Shown piece by piece: positions 12,887-25,850 of a DNA stretch of 64,000 bases (position 1 is its first letter; every line of letters begins with the position of its first letter). Both the position numbers and the translations under genes were made by a program. Below the pieces are notes generated by a model. The model did not search any database. It worked only from the letters and a program-made list of their open reading frames with translations, and was not told the origin of the DNA. The DNA is from Octopus vulgaris. Its lineage: Eukaryota. Where the stretch lies: the NCBI GenBank assembly GCA_951406725.2, contig OX597817.1, positions 5,766,001 through 5,830,000 on the forward strand, in the 5' to 3' direction.

Positions 12887-13260
12887 CTAGCAGTATCGCC
12901 CGGCGTTGCTCAGGTTTGTAAGGGAAATAACTATAAAGCATTTTTAGAGAGTTATAGCAAAAAAATGGAAAAAAATGATGGCAAATTTTTTTTTGAGATT
13001 TAAAAAAGGTGGAGTTGCGTCCCCTAGACAGTTTGTGGTTCGTGTTTCCGATTCTCGACCCCATGTCGAATTTATCGATTTTTTTCAGAACTGGGGGAAC
13101 TTTTCAAAATTTTCGCTGCGTTAGTTTTGAATTATGCCATTGGGCTATGTGTGTGTCAAGTTTCATCAGAATCGGTTGAAAGCCGTGGTCAGGGTGAGGG
13201 TACAAGCAAACAGACACACAGAAACACGCACAGACAAACTGCCGTTTATATAGAGAGAGA
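12887..13260 (-). mobile_element. Non-autonomous Helitron
   Basis: Minus strand A|TCTCTCTCTATATAAACGG...CCTGAGCAACGCCGGGCGATACTGCTAG|T: TC start, subterminal hairpin, CTAG end, A/T target. The 3' end is shared with 51250-51634. Confidence 0.85.
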
Positions 13261-13317
13261 TAAGGAAGTTTCGCAGAGATTAAGTAATTCAAATATGTTT
13301 CCTCATACACACACACA

Positions 13318-13510
13318 TTATTATTATTATTATGTGATGAAAACACTGGTCGGCAGCTTTGCTTGGGTTTGCTGTTTATTGTGATCAATTCCTTTCCACG
13401 TCATATTCGTTTTTGCGGTACCTTTGAATCTCAGTCTAGTTCTTCCATGGTTTCTTTTCACCTCGCATAGTATGGAGTGAAGGAGTTGCCTGGGGAGTCC
13501 CGGGACTAAC
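13318..13510 (-). mobile_element. RTE-clade LINE 3' remnant
   Basis: GLPRQLLHSILCEVKRNHGRTRLRFKGTAKTNMTWKGID resembles the RTE C-terminal motif LPKxLLY...GKRxxGRPRLRFKD, followed by a (TAA)n tail. Confidence 0.75.
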
Positions 13511-15120
13511 AAATCATCCTCTGAATTGATTGAACACGACCGAGTCCTGGAGTCGAATACCATCAGGTATTTTGATATTGACCCTTCTGGTGTGTAAAAA
13601 TTTGAGGCACTAACACGTACCATAACCACACCTACCACTTGTGTCTCAATACACACCACTGCGAATACACTTTAGTTAACGACCTTTATAAACATTGCTA
13701 TGAACCTCCAGTTTCCTTTTAGTTTTGGAATTAGTTCTGGCAGCCCTTAAAATCTCTCCGATTCTCTCCTAAACTCAGTAAATTTCTTTGCTCCTTTTCT
13801 GCATCTGTTCAGAGTACGGGTGGCAGGTGGGTGGGAAAGACGGTAGTTTTTCCAAACCTTCCCCCACACCCGCTCTTCATTAAACATCGCTTCGCAGCCA
13901 TAACAAATCTGTAACCGACGCCGCGCCAGGCCTTTCATTTGAAACGGGCAAGGGTGGAGGTAAAGAGAAACCGATCTTCATAGACCCCGTGTATGTATGT
14001 GTGTGTATGTGTCTGTGAGCTCCCTCACATCGATGTATGGGAGTATGAATTTACGCTCGTACGTATACGCCAGCATATAAGTGTTTATACAAATGCAAGG
14101 ATAGACAGATAGATAGATAGACGTCCGGAGCCTCACATCTATTTATATATTTGTATGTATGTTTGTGTGTGAGTGTGCTTGTTCGCGTGTGTGTACAACT
14201 AAACATACAAATACGAGATGCCTTGCGGTCTGTTTTCTATGTAAATGGTTAAATTTATTCATATACCTAAGTCCCTTTAGAATACAAATATAAACTAAGA
14301 TCACACACATACACACACACAGTCACACACATTTTTATTGGCACTGTTTTTCTTCCCGTTCTTCTTTCTTTCTTCAGACTAACATTCTGAAGCCATCACA
14401 CATTCCACTGGCCTGCACACCAACTGGGGCCTTTGTCTGCTGGCTTGAGGCTGTAATTAAAATGTTGTTTCATTATTTAAAGAATGTATTATTGCAGTAG
14501 AAGTAATGGTGTTGTTGAGGATAAATGTAAAGTGTGGATTTATGTTTGTGCAGTAGTTTTAAGAGTATTGGGTATTATTCTTGTTAGGGGTGGCGTTGGT
14601 GTTTGTGATATTGTTATTAGTGAAACCAGAGTGGTGTTCGTTAATATAAGGTTCGCTATGATCATTTAGACATCATCCATCATTTTGTTTTTAATACCGT
14701 GGAGCTCTGCTGCGTAAGGCCGAAATTCTACGAAGCTAGGGTGAGATTCATAATACAATATTATTTTAACATTTGAGATGGTCTTACTGCTTCATATACA
14801 GGTATCCTTAATGGCTCCTAGCAAAAAGAAGGCCACCCTATTGATTGGCTTAAACGCACTCGCAAACATTCTCCGGCTTCTGCCTTACAGTTTCCTCTAT
14901 TTGCTTTTCCTGCCGCTACAATAATAGCCTTTGCTCCTAAGTGCTGGCTGAGGTCATGCTTCCTCCACCCAAATCCTCTCATCCCATTCGCTTCCCCTCC
15001 TCCCATCGTCTTTGTTGTGTCTAACTCACCCAGAACCTGAACTAATTAATATGCCCGATTCTTCTGTCCAAGAAAGTTAACCCCTTAGAATTCCTTCTTT
15101 GTTTATATATTTCTTGCAAG

Positions 15121-15201
15121 TGTTGGCTTACAGTGGCTTCAATCTCAGCGGTCTTGAAGGGCCTGCAAATGCTTTGGGCACCGCTTGTTCCTCCAGAACC
15201 A
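15121..15201 (+). other. Candidate 81-nt exon of an unknown host gene
   Basis: Pyrimidine-rich tract ending TTCTTGCAAG, GC-richer 81 nt open in two frames, then CCA|GTAAGT. No homology recognised. Confidence 0.2.
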
Positions 15202-15423
15202 GTAAGTAAAAGATAACTGTCGTAGATTTTTTAAAATATAATTTGAAATTGTACTCTATCCACAGTAATTAGTACTGAGCATCATGAAAAGAAAAGAAGA
15301 AACGTGTTATTCCTGATTTTATTATAAACATGTATGTTTAATAAAGCAAGGCAAGTAACAGTTATTTATCTTCTAAAGCTTTAACTTTAAAACTGTTTTC
15401 TTGAAATTCTCCATGCGAAGTAC

Positions 15424-15636
15424 TCGCTTTACTCTTTACTCTTTTACTTGTTTCAGTCATTTGACTGCGGCCATGCTGGAGCACCGCCTTTAGTCGAGCA
15501 AATCGACCCCGGGACTTATTCTTTGTAAGCCCAGTACTTATTCTATCTGTCTCTTTTGCCGAACCGCTAAGTGACGGGGACGTAAACACACCAGCATCGG
15601 TTGTCAAGCAATACTAGGGGGACAAACACAGACACA

Positions 15637-15686
<50 letters not shown>

Positions 15687-15886
15687 CATACATATACATA
15701 TATACATACATATACATATATACGACAGGCTTCTTTCAGTTTCCGTCTACCAAATCCACTCACAAGGCATTGGTCGGCCCGGGGCTGTAGCAGAAGGCAC
15801 TTGCCCAAGATGCCACGCAGTGGGACTGAACCCGGAACCATGTGGTTGGTTAGCAAGCTACTTACCACACAGCCACTCCTGCGCCT
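15424..15886 (-). mobile_element. Full-length SINE family B with 93-bp TSD
   Basis: Complete head (AGGCGCAGGAGTGGCTGTGTGG) to tail. Flanks 15331-15423 and 15887-15979 are identical. Confidence 0.92.
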
Positions 15887-16399
15887 TGTATGTTTAATAA
15901 AGCAAGGCAAGTAACAGTTATTTATCTTCTAAAGCTTTAACTTTAAAACTGTTTTCTTGAAATTCTCCATGCGAAGTACGATATATAATTTTATATTTGA
16001 TAGCCAATCAAGCAGCAAGTCAAAAAGTTTAGAATCTACTGCAGTAGAATATCATTTCAGGAAGCTTTCGCTATTTGACGAAGATATTGGCTACTATTTC
16101 TAATTGTATGGGTCATCGCGTAGCGACTTCCTTGTTGGCTCCTTAGCGGAAACCATTGTTTCTATTTGTAGCAGTGACTACCATATATTATTGCTTTCTT
16201 CGAGTTTTTTTTTTTTTTTGTGGTGTTTGTTGTTCTTTAGCTTCATATCCGATGTTATTAGCAGTGTTTTTGATGGCAGTAATATTGTTGTTCTTGTTTA
16301 GCACTCGGCTAGGCATGCGATCAAAGAGATCCCAGACATGGCCTTCCTGTTATGTACTGCCCTCTGCAGAACAACATTATTTTTTTGTCTCCTTCCTTT

Positions 16400-17400
16400 T
16401 TAAAGAAAGTAGTGTGACTTAGTGAAGTTTTATTGTTATTTCTAGAAAGCCACTTACACAGTTCTACTAGAATTGTATCAATGACATGGTCGCAAAAGTG
16501 CAAAGGACTTTGCCTCATCATGGTAGACTTCGCTGTTAAGAAATTGTCGAAAGTGAACTATGAACTCTAAATCGCACAGCCACTCTATCATTTTCGTGTT
16601 GTTTTAAAATGCATAACTGTTATTCATTTCAAGAAAGAACACAATTTATTCTCTTAGTTTCAATACTTTTTGCACAACATTTCCCAGTTTTAACCAATAC
16701 GCATTGCTATGACAGAATACATCTAAATATTCATATCATCCATCAAGCCAAACTTCTGAATTATCTGTGATTTAGCCTTCTGGTTCTGATCAATTTAATA
16801 ACACATAGTACAGGATCAATCACATGCTTAAAATGCAGGATAGATTTATGCAAACTTTCGTAGTGGATAATGCTATAGAATGATAAAGTGAAGTGCTATT
16901 TTTCACCTTCTGTTGAACTGCTTTATGAGGCCGGCATGTTTTTTGTTTGTGAAAGTACGCTTTATGTTATAATGATTGTCAACTTGTTCTAAGGTAAACT
17001 AGATCAATTCAAAGAGATATTAAACACTGCCATACAAATCTTGGCCAGCCCCTGATTTTTTTTAATGGTTCAACTGTCAGTTACTCTTCACTAATTGCAA
17101 AATTGTCATCAGTTCCTGTTTCAAATACAGTGTTGTGCATGGTATGTTTGTGTTCTCATCTAATGCTAGTGAATTCCACACAAACGAATTGCTAACCTGA
17201 AGTAGCTGCTCTCGCGCATTCTATGAAATGACATTCTTCTTGACTAAGATTTAGCTTCAATTTCAGCTTCTTGACACAAGCTGTGAGCAGCATCAAACAT
17301 ATTGTCCGTTAAAATTTCTCCTTATAAGTCAATTTTATAAGCAGACTTCAAATTAAACTTTTGTAGTGGCTTCCTGTATGATTGCATGATTTGCAAAAAC
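16400..17400 (-). pseudogene. Decayed hAT (Buster/GTF2IRD2-like) transposase, core region
   Basis: Frameshifted translation gives SIIHYESL...HVIDPVLCVIKLIRTRRLNHR, YLDVFCHSNAYWLKLG and WLCDLEF, matching the hAT motifs CIIHQExL, IRARGLNHRQF, RWLSxG and WLxDLAF. Confidence 0.7.
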
Positions 17401-17494
17401 AAATTTTAAAGAAATAAGAATAATTTGAAGTTGAATATTGTTAAAACTTCAAATCGGCACTCATTGATCAGACTTACCTACACCATATTATTTG

Positions 17495-18781
17495 ATAGGT
17501 TGTCCGGAAAGTTTTGAGCGGTTTTTTAAATGCAAAAAGGGATATGAATAATTGACCTTTCAATACATTTCATTCAATGAAATAATTTCCATTATCATTA
17601 ATGAACTTGGCCCATCTATCAGGCAATTTAAATATTCCATCATCATAAAATTTAACCCGTTCTTGAAGAAAAAAGTTATCTAGATGCATTTTGACCCCAT
17701 CTAAATTGTTAAATGTTTTTCCTTGCTATGAGTTCTCTAGACAAAACCAAGTGGTAGTCGGATGGTGCAATATCAGGAGAATATTGTGAATAGGGTGAGA
17801 GATCCCAGCCAACTTCATGTAATTTTGTTTGGGTAGCGAAGGATACATGTAGTCGTGCATTGTCTTTTTGGAACATTAACCCCTTTCTTGTTGACAATCT
17901 CCTGACTCAATTCTTTGATTTGGGGGTTTAAATTAGCTAGCTGACGACAGTAGACATCAGAATTAATGGCCTGGATTTGAAGGAGAAGCTCATAATAAAT
18001 AATGCTTTTATGATCCCACCAAACATTAAACATAGCTTTTTTGACATGGATATTCGTCTTTGCTTGTTGTTTGGAGGGATCCTTACGCAGATTCCAGGAT
18101 CTTTTTCGCACATTGTTTTCGTACACAATCCATTTTTCATCTCCACAAGTTGTTTAAAAAAATGCATGTTTTCATTCCGTTTCAAAAGCATATCAGCAAC
18201 ATAATACTGGTCCAAGCAATTCTTTTCTGAGAATCTTTGAGGGACCCATACATTATAGCGAGAAATGTATCCTAGCTTCACTAGGGTTTCATGAGCCGTA
18301 CTTTTAGTAACTTGCAGCTCCTCTGCAAGTTTTCTAGTCATGATATTTGAGTTTTCTTCGATTTTTGCCTTCAAAACATCTTCATCGAATTTTGAAGGCC
18401 TTCCATTGCGACTGTTATCTTCCAGGCTAAACTTTCCAGCTTTAAATTTTGCAAACCTCCTTCGAACAGTTGATTCACCTACAGCATTATCACTATTAAC
18501 TTCACAAATGTTTTTGCGAGTTTTTGCGCCATTTTCTCCTTTTTTTGTTTTAAGAAAGAAAAGCATTACAATGCGAATGTAAAGTTTTTGGTTATTCATT
18601 CCAAATGTCAATAACGGGTAACCACAATGAAAGATAAATTTATATTTAGTCCGGAACAAATAAGAGATGCACTACCACTTCATGCAACGCCGAAGTTTTA
18701 ACTGTGTCACGTTTCGGATGTGTTCAAAGAAGCGTTAAAAGATTTTGCTTAAAAACGCTCAGGACTTTCCGGGAAGCCTAA
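17495..18781 (-). mobile_element. Full-length mariner (DD34D) element, inactive
   Basis: About 1.29 kb. TIRs TAGGTTGTCCGGAAAGTTTTGAGCG / CGCTCAGGACTTTCCGGGAAGCCTA, with TA at the right flank. Confidence 0.9.
17570..18599 (-). pseudogene. Mariner transposase, frameshifted
   Basis: HTH region with RNGRPS, WVPQRF (WVPHEL-like), DNAR, YSPDIAPSDY and C-terminal LPDRWAKFINDNGNYFIE*, split over several frames. Confidence 0.92.
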
Positions 18782-19119
18782 TATTTTAGTATTATCTGGA
18801 TCAGAGCGGGACAATATCTTTTCCATGAGGGTCACATACATATCAGTATGGTTTGTAAGGAACCACATTCGGCAAAAGTAATAAAATCTACTAATATATA
18901 ATTCTCTTGTGTTTTTGTCAGTCACAAGAGATGACTGACAAAGGAAGGGGTGAGGACAAACTGAACAGCGTCTGTGTATATATATGTATAGCAAAATGGC
19001 TACACACATTGGTCAGTATGATTATGCTAATGTGTTTGTGTGTGTGTAAAATATATTTATATATCCACCAATGGAAGTGAGCTGGTGAAAATTCAACGGC
19101 GAAAAAAAAATCAAAGCGC

Positions 19120-19220
<101 letters not shown>

Positions 19221-19479
19221 AACTGACAAACTTAAAAAGGAAGAGAGCTGTAACAAAGTATAGAAACCGCGTTTGCTACAGACTATGCTACTCATACATA
19301 TCACTGTATACATATGCACACTCATATACTCACACGGAGTTGGAGCGCTGTTTGGGTTTTATTTCACCGTTTTGTACCCTTTTTATATATAAAATACTAC
19401 AATTAGCCGTCATTTTTGACGGCACGTGGCCAACTAGTGACTAACTATTTATGCAAATGGTTTATTTCTTGTGCCATTG

Positions 19480-19680
19480 TTGGTTTTCTGATAAATTGCT
19501 TGATCTGAAAATTTTCTATTCAAATTTACTACTTCTTAAAGCAGCAGCAATGTCTTTGCATATCAGGCACATTGCAGTGCTTGTGATATTTGTAAATATT
19601 CATTTGTGCATTCTTTATTAAACGTATGACATTCATATATTCGCTTTCTGTTTGGATTTTGTTTGTGGCACCCATTCAGA
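19480..19680 (-). pseudogene. N-terminal BED-finger fragment of the hAT transposase
   Basis: ECHTFNKECTNEY and AMCLICKDIAAAL resemble the Buster N-terminus ECRxFNxEW...CLIC. Confidence 0.55.
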
Positions 19681-20131
19681 AGGTAAAATTCAAATATATT
19701 ATATTCAAATATATTTCCAAACTCTCACAAAATCTCGTAAGTGGCATAGTTTATCTTCACAAGTAGAACATATTGGCAGTATGCGACCAACGCACCTGTA
19801 ATTCAAACATCTCTGATGTAAAATGAAATTATATAATATGTCTGCCTTTTATATGACAGAAGAGTGTAATTGACCATGATCTGACTACTGTTTGTTGTTG
19901 TTTGAGTGACTATATACTTTCTTTCGTTGGTTTGTATATGTTATAGTAAATCTTAGTCAAACTGCAGCTGAGAGAATCATTAGTGATAGCTAGCAGAGTA
20001 AAGGTCACCGGTTCGCATCTTTCGACTGTTGGTCTTGCTGTAACTAGGCGCTACAAAATAGGAACAGATAACTATTATATACAACAGCAGAAGCAAAGTA
20101 AGACTGATAATTGATTTTTCGTCACGTCGCA

Positions 20132-21298
20132 AATAAATTTAAGACCGATGATAAAAGTTATGTTTCTTAGAAAATATTTTGTTACTAATACCATACAAAT
20201 TATTTTAATCTTTTACACTTTTTGCAGAATTTATTTCTCTTTCGAATGATGCAGAGAATAACTATTTTTATACAACTTGAAGAATTCTAATGCTAAATTA
20301 ATATAAACGTTTCAATTTTTCTGGCAAAATTAGTTTAAGACTATGTAATGTGTATGCAAATGTTTTTGCCAAAATGGGTGTTCACACAACTAGCCTAACC
20401 GTACTATATAGTGTTATAATTTAACATTATTATACAATTGATTAATAATGGGAAAACAATGTAGCCTCAGTCCAGTCACATGAGCAAAAATCGTATTACT
20501 CCACCAGAAAAAAGTTTATTTTTCGAACATCGGCAAGCAACTAAAGCGCAGTAAAACGGCTTGTATGCAAGAGTGGAAGTTATACTCGGAGACTGGTCAA
20601 TATAAAGATCGACAAAGGACTGGCGCCCCAAGAAAAATCGACGGCGCAAGTTGGACCGTCGAATCCACTGACTTTCGGAAGGCAACCGAATGCTGACAGC
20701 CGTTGGCAATTGTCCAACGAGAATGGTGTTATTTTTACACCACAAACCGCCCGCAACCGTTTGAGAGAATTTGGACTACATGGACGACTCGCTAGGAAAA
20801 AGCCAGTAATATCCGAAAGAAATCGACTCAAACGCCTTAATTTCGCAAAAAGCCATGCTCAATGGACTGCCGAAGATTGGTGCAGGGTCCTTTGGAGTGA
20901 CGAGTCACGCATCTGTATATTAGGATCAGATGGTAAAGCATAAGTCAAACGTCACCCAACCGAAGAATTCCATCCATTTATTAAGAATAAAGGCTACAGC
21001 ACAAATTACAAATATGTATTTCGTTCTTGTTGCTCATTTTTGCTACAAGCTTAAGCTTTAAATAAAATTATAATGATACGCTCTTAAACTAATTTTGCCG
21101 GTAAATTTGAAACGTTTATATTAATTTAGCATTCGAATTTTTCAAGTTGTATAAAGTTATTATTTGCATCATTCGAAAGAGAAATAAATTCTGCAAAAGG
21201 TGTAAACGATGACAATAATTTGTATGGTGTTAATAACAAAATATTTTATATAAGAAATAGAACTTTTGTCATCGGTCTTAAATTTATTGTCGCCAGTG
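20132..21298 (+). mobile_element. Tc1-like element, IR-DR type, internally deleted
   Basis: About 210-bp inverted repeats 20132-20340 / 21082-21298, right end CAGTG|TA. Inner DR CTGGCAAAATTAGTTTAAGA resembles outer CTGGCGACAATAAATTTAAGA. Confidence 0.9.
20448..21012 (+). pseudogene. Tc1 transposase remnant lacking most of the DDE domain
   Basis: MGKQ start, GRLARKKPVISERNRLKRLNFAK..WTAEDWCRVLWSDESRI, then a jump to C-terminal IKNKGYSTNY. Confidence 0.85.
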
Positions 21299-22604
21299 TA
21301 TGTCTAAATTAACAAATGTCGTCTTTTTTCTAAAAGATGCTAGCGTATCATTTAAAGGAAATCTGATTGCAGTTTCTATAGTTCGAAATACAGTTTTGAG
21401 GCTCTCGGTCGGCATGACAGCCATTAGCGTGTGTTTTTCATGGTTGACTTTATGGCGTTGATATTAATTGTGCGATCAAACCATAGATGCTACAGTTACA
21501 CTTTTATTTTTATGGTGTCATTTGTGTTGTTTAAAAAATCGTTAGTGCGCATGCTCATGTTTCCATTTAGTTCTTCCTTTCGCGCTGAGCTATGACAGAA
21601 ATTACATTTGGTTGGTAATCTTGTTTGTGATAAGGTGTGTGTGTGTGTGAAAGGAAAGAGAGTTTACTGTAGTTTCTGTACATTCTCGTTATTTTATGTT
21701 TTGGAAGTTACGTAGGGACGTTGTTTATATTCTGTGTGTCTCTGTATGATCGTGTATACGATCAAAAGCAATGTGTATGCGTTTGTGTGGTATTCACTCG
21801 TGTGCATACGTTTTCGTGTATGAGTAACTATAATATATTTATATTTATGTAAGGCGAATAAACTGTAAGTGTTTATACACGCTTCTTCTGAAATATAACA
21901 ACAGAGCAGCCCTTGAGCTAAACTTAGAGCAAACGGCTAGGAGAGCTGTGGGGTGGTTGTTTAAATGGCCCCAAAGGGAAGATTCTTTGTGGGAGATTTT
22001 TATGTTTGCGTTTGGAAGTGGGTAGTTCGCTAAAACAATTATCGCTCATCACTATACCCTGGTGAATGTGTGTGTTCGTGCGTGCAACTAAGTCATGGGG
22101 ATTCGACTCTTTATTTTATGTTGGCAGAGTTTATCAACTGGTTTGATGTTCTGCCGTTTGTTTGTTCGCAACACCTAGACGGCATGTTGAATTTATGTAA
22201 TGTACAGTATAATAACGATGCACTTGCCATCGTGGTAGGTTACGTAATAGTGTTTATTTAAACCATATTAGGACTAGAATTTTGAGTTCAGAACCTAGAA
22301 TTTCACATCCATAGAGAAAGTATAGATTGTGTCATAAAGCGGTGGAAACATTGTGTTTCATGTACTGCGTTACTATCGCTCTTCTCATTTATCTCATTCT
22401 TTCGTTCTGTTATCTTTCGTTTTCTTCTCTTTCTTAGTTTATTCGTCCATTCGTGTTTCTCTTTATTGCCTCTACTTTCTGTCACTTTTTCGCCATCTCT
22501 CTCTCCCCCTATTATACATATTAACTCTCCTCTCCGGCACCCATTACCTCTCTGCTTCTTTCATGCCTCATTCTTAATATATATATATATATATATATAT
22601 ATGT

Positions 22605-22900
22605 GGAGACGCAATGGCCCAGTGGTTAGGGCAGCGGACTCGCGGTTGTAGGATCGCGGTTTCGATTCCCAGACAGGGCGTTGTGAGTGTTTATTGAGCA
22701 GAAACACCTAAAGCTCCACGAGGCTTCGGCAGGGGATGGTGGTGATCCCTGCCGTACTCTTTCGCCACAACTTTCTCTCACTCTTTCTTCTGTTGGCCTG
22801 CGGGTGGCGTCATTTGAAGGCTAAAACAATGCTAAGCGCATTGTGACCAGCGATGTGTAGCAACATCTGATAGCCTGGACGGTCACGGTGATCACGGTGA
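22605..22900 (+). mobile_element. SINE family C (tRNA-Arg-like head, RTE-like tail)
   Basis: A box TGGCCCAGTGG, B box GTTTCGATTCC, tail TTGTGACCAGCGATGTGTAGCAACATCTGATAGCCTGG. Sits in (TA)n. Confidence 0.88.
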
Positions 22901-23689
22901 TATATAATCATTTGCATATATGTGCATGGCATTTTATTATAGCTGAGAGCTTAGAACACGCCAAAGTTTCGTTATGGCAAGAATCGTTTGATAAATACGT
23001 TAAAACGGAACTCTAGTTCCTCGAGTTACTGACGTGTGAAACTGTACAATAAAACAACACTAGTTTATCTAATTACTATTATTCCTCTCATTTGTGTATT
23101 TTATCCTACAGACACACATACAAACACACACACACACACACACACACGCATACATATAAGCAGGTGTGTAATAAATCTGTCAACAGAAGAATTTTTTAGT
23201 TTTTAATTTCAAATACAGACATAGGTTATACCATGACATCAACACCAATAACACCAGTAACAGCAACAATACTGAATAGAAGTTGGTGATAAATCATATT
23301 ATAAAGTGTTCAACAAAGAAATGTAACCACTAACTTTCACCTCTAACATCTGTACCACATCATTTATTATGATTTTCTTGTCATTTGAAATGTCTTCTCT
23401 GTATTTACTATAATTTATTTCATTTTAGTGACAGTTTATTTATTTATGTATTTAATCTTAATATTTGTATCAACCATACAGGCATTGGCCAATATATTTT
23501 GCATCATCGCTTTGTGTAACTTTAATGTCGTTAATTCAAATAATGTTGTCGGCAACTTTGCTTTTCATCCACTCAGGGTCGATACAGTAAAGTAGAAATT
23601 ATAAACTGGAATAGACATAATTAACTAATTTATACCCCAAATTTCTGACCCCGTATTTTAGAAATTGTTATAATTATTTTATAGCAATA

Positions 23690-23845
23690 ATTTTGTGTGC
23701 TTCCACTACACATCAAGATCACATGTCTACATGCTTTGGAATATGAGCAGTGTTTCGAATTGGTTTAGTGTTCTTCAGTTTAGTGGAAAGTACTCTACAA
23801 TGAGTGCAGTGCCTAATAATGCCGTTTCTCTGCTTTGTCTCTGTG
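23690..23845 (-). mobile_element. R4/Dong-like LINE extreme 3' fragment
   Basis: ETALLGTALI resembles the terminal QKxxLLGTAxI motif also seen in the 42480-42862 copy. Confidence 0.45.
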
Positions 23846-24199
23846 TAAATACTGGAGTTCTTGGTTTGCATTCGTTTGCAGCTACCTTACATCATTTCCA
23901 AACTACTGGATCTGGTGGATTGGCTCCATTTTCGAGTTACCATTTTTGATGACGCACAGACCCACATTGAGGTTTCTAAACCGAATCTATCTGTAGTCAT
24001 TACTGAACAACGATGACAGGAAACAGGTGTAGTTACGTGTCGGTAAGCTGCAATCCTGGGTCAAGTGCAGGCCTAAGTTGATGTATAAGTTTATTTATCG
24101 AATATATAACTTTTAGTTTTACATTTGGTAATTATGACCAATGTTCTTAAATAAATTAGCTTTTTATGTAAAATGAAAATAAAATTTTTTTCAATACCA

Positions 24200-24733
24200 A
24201 AATGGCTTATGCCGAATGAATTCTGCGTCGAATCTGCAAAGCTAAACTTGGAGGCCCGCACTGACTGGCTGACACCGAGGGAGTTGTAAGGTGGACTTTA
24301 TCGACAAGTCTACAGAACTTTTCAATCGAGACAATTCCTCGTCGTCATTAATAACGAATTTTTGAGGAAGATGGTCTAGTTAGAGAGGAAGGTATTACCT
24401 GTCAGTAAGTTTTCTGAACGATGTGTTAGATTGGCGAGATATGCGTGGTTAAAATGGCCCACAGTATATGGCTGTATGTGAACGGCGAAAGCACTTCGAA
24501 TATCATTGTGGTCAGGGTAATCTGAGTTTGTGACTGTTGAGGGAGAGAGAATCACGTAGGTTCTCTTCTGTTTTAAGAAGGTTTTTGTTCTGTACTATTA
24601 GGTTTGTTTATTAACGTGTCAATGTTGATATTACCCCTTTATTATCTTTTCCATTGTTTCTTTGTCGTCTTTCAATATATTTCGCCTTTATTGTACCATA
24701 ACCTCCTGTGCCCTTGTAACAAATAAACGAAAT
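24200..24733 (+). mobile_element. L1/Tx1-like LINE 3' remnant
   Basis: LERKVLPVSKFSERC parallels VEREVLPCSKFVE at about 42200. T-rich UTR ends GCCCTTGTAACAAATAAACGAAAT. Confidence 0.55.
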
Positions 24734-25439
24734 TGTTTTTGATGTTGGTCGTTAAAATAAAGTAACAGTGAATTACGCGAATCGATATAATCAACTAACT
24801 CTTTCCCCAAATTTCTGAATTTGCGCTTATGCAAGAAATCAATATATTTTTCTATTATTTTGAAAAGTCATTGTTTTGCAAGCAATAAGCGCTTTATTTA
24901 TTTATTCATTTATCTATTTATTTATTTAGGCTTATTTTCGTTTCATTTGTTTCAGTTCTGTGTGGGTGGGTGGTTTATTTTTAACCTCACGTCAGCTGTT
25001 ACCAAAAGACATACGTGTTTGTTTTATTTTGTAAGATACAATATAGCTAGGACTATGTTACTCAATGTAGTCTTTCATTTTCTTTTACACATAGGAATCG
25101 GCTGAAGGAAAATTCGTTGCCATTTCTAGCAGATCTAGTAACCATATAGTCTCCCTCATTTATGTTATTTGACAGTGTGATCATAAATTGTATCTTCACC
25201 GTAGGATCTTTCAGTAACTTATTCTGATGCGCATTTGTACGTGTGTCAGTAGGTGTAGAAAGGCATGTCAAAATTTTCGGCGGAGTGCTTTGCCTTTCAC
25301 AGCTGAATGGAAGCAACAGATGTCATAGGAGAAATTTGAATTCATTGTTTGACTAAATCACATTTGCGTGTGTGTTGATATACGCATGTGTGGAAGACAT
25401 GGAAAGATGTTTCGAAACTGGCCAGCAAACAGAGAAAAA

Positions 25440-25850
25440 AAGCGACAGGGAGCACATGGGTATAACAGTCAGAGGAATAAAAGAAGACCGTAAAAACGAT
25501 ATACAACAGTAGAAAGACTGAGACATTCAAAAGAAGAAATGGAGGGAGAGAAGAAGGTGTGGAGAATGAAGTTGGACTCTGTTTTAGAACGAGATAGATT
25601 AAGCGGTAGAAAATTGACGGAGATTGAAAGATACTGCTGGAGAGGAGTAAACTTTCCATGTGAGAAACTATAATGTATGATGGAGAGCGAAATGCAGAGA
25701 GCAATCGCAGAGAAGCACAATGGATGGCTAGTATCAGTGTGGAAAAAAAAAAGAATGTTAAATTGCACATTATCGAGTTGATAAAGTGTTAGGTTAGATA
25801 CCTCAGGTTTCATATATTGTACTCTCAACGATGCTGCGTTGCATTCGTTG
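25440..25850 (-). mobile_element. Possible CR1/Jockey-type LINE 3' remnant
   Basis: Weak similarity of translated fragments (HPLCFSAIALCISL, HTFFSPSISS) to LINE C-termini. Confidence 0.3.

Noticed and set aside
12334-15607. Repeated ORF MTTDAGVFTSP...
   Set aside because: Translation of the SINE B 3' half.
22605-22680. tRNA-Arg-like sequence
   Set aside because: SINE head with no intact acceptor stem. No true tRNA gene was seen.
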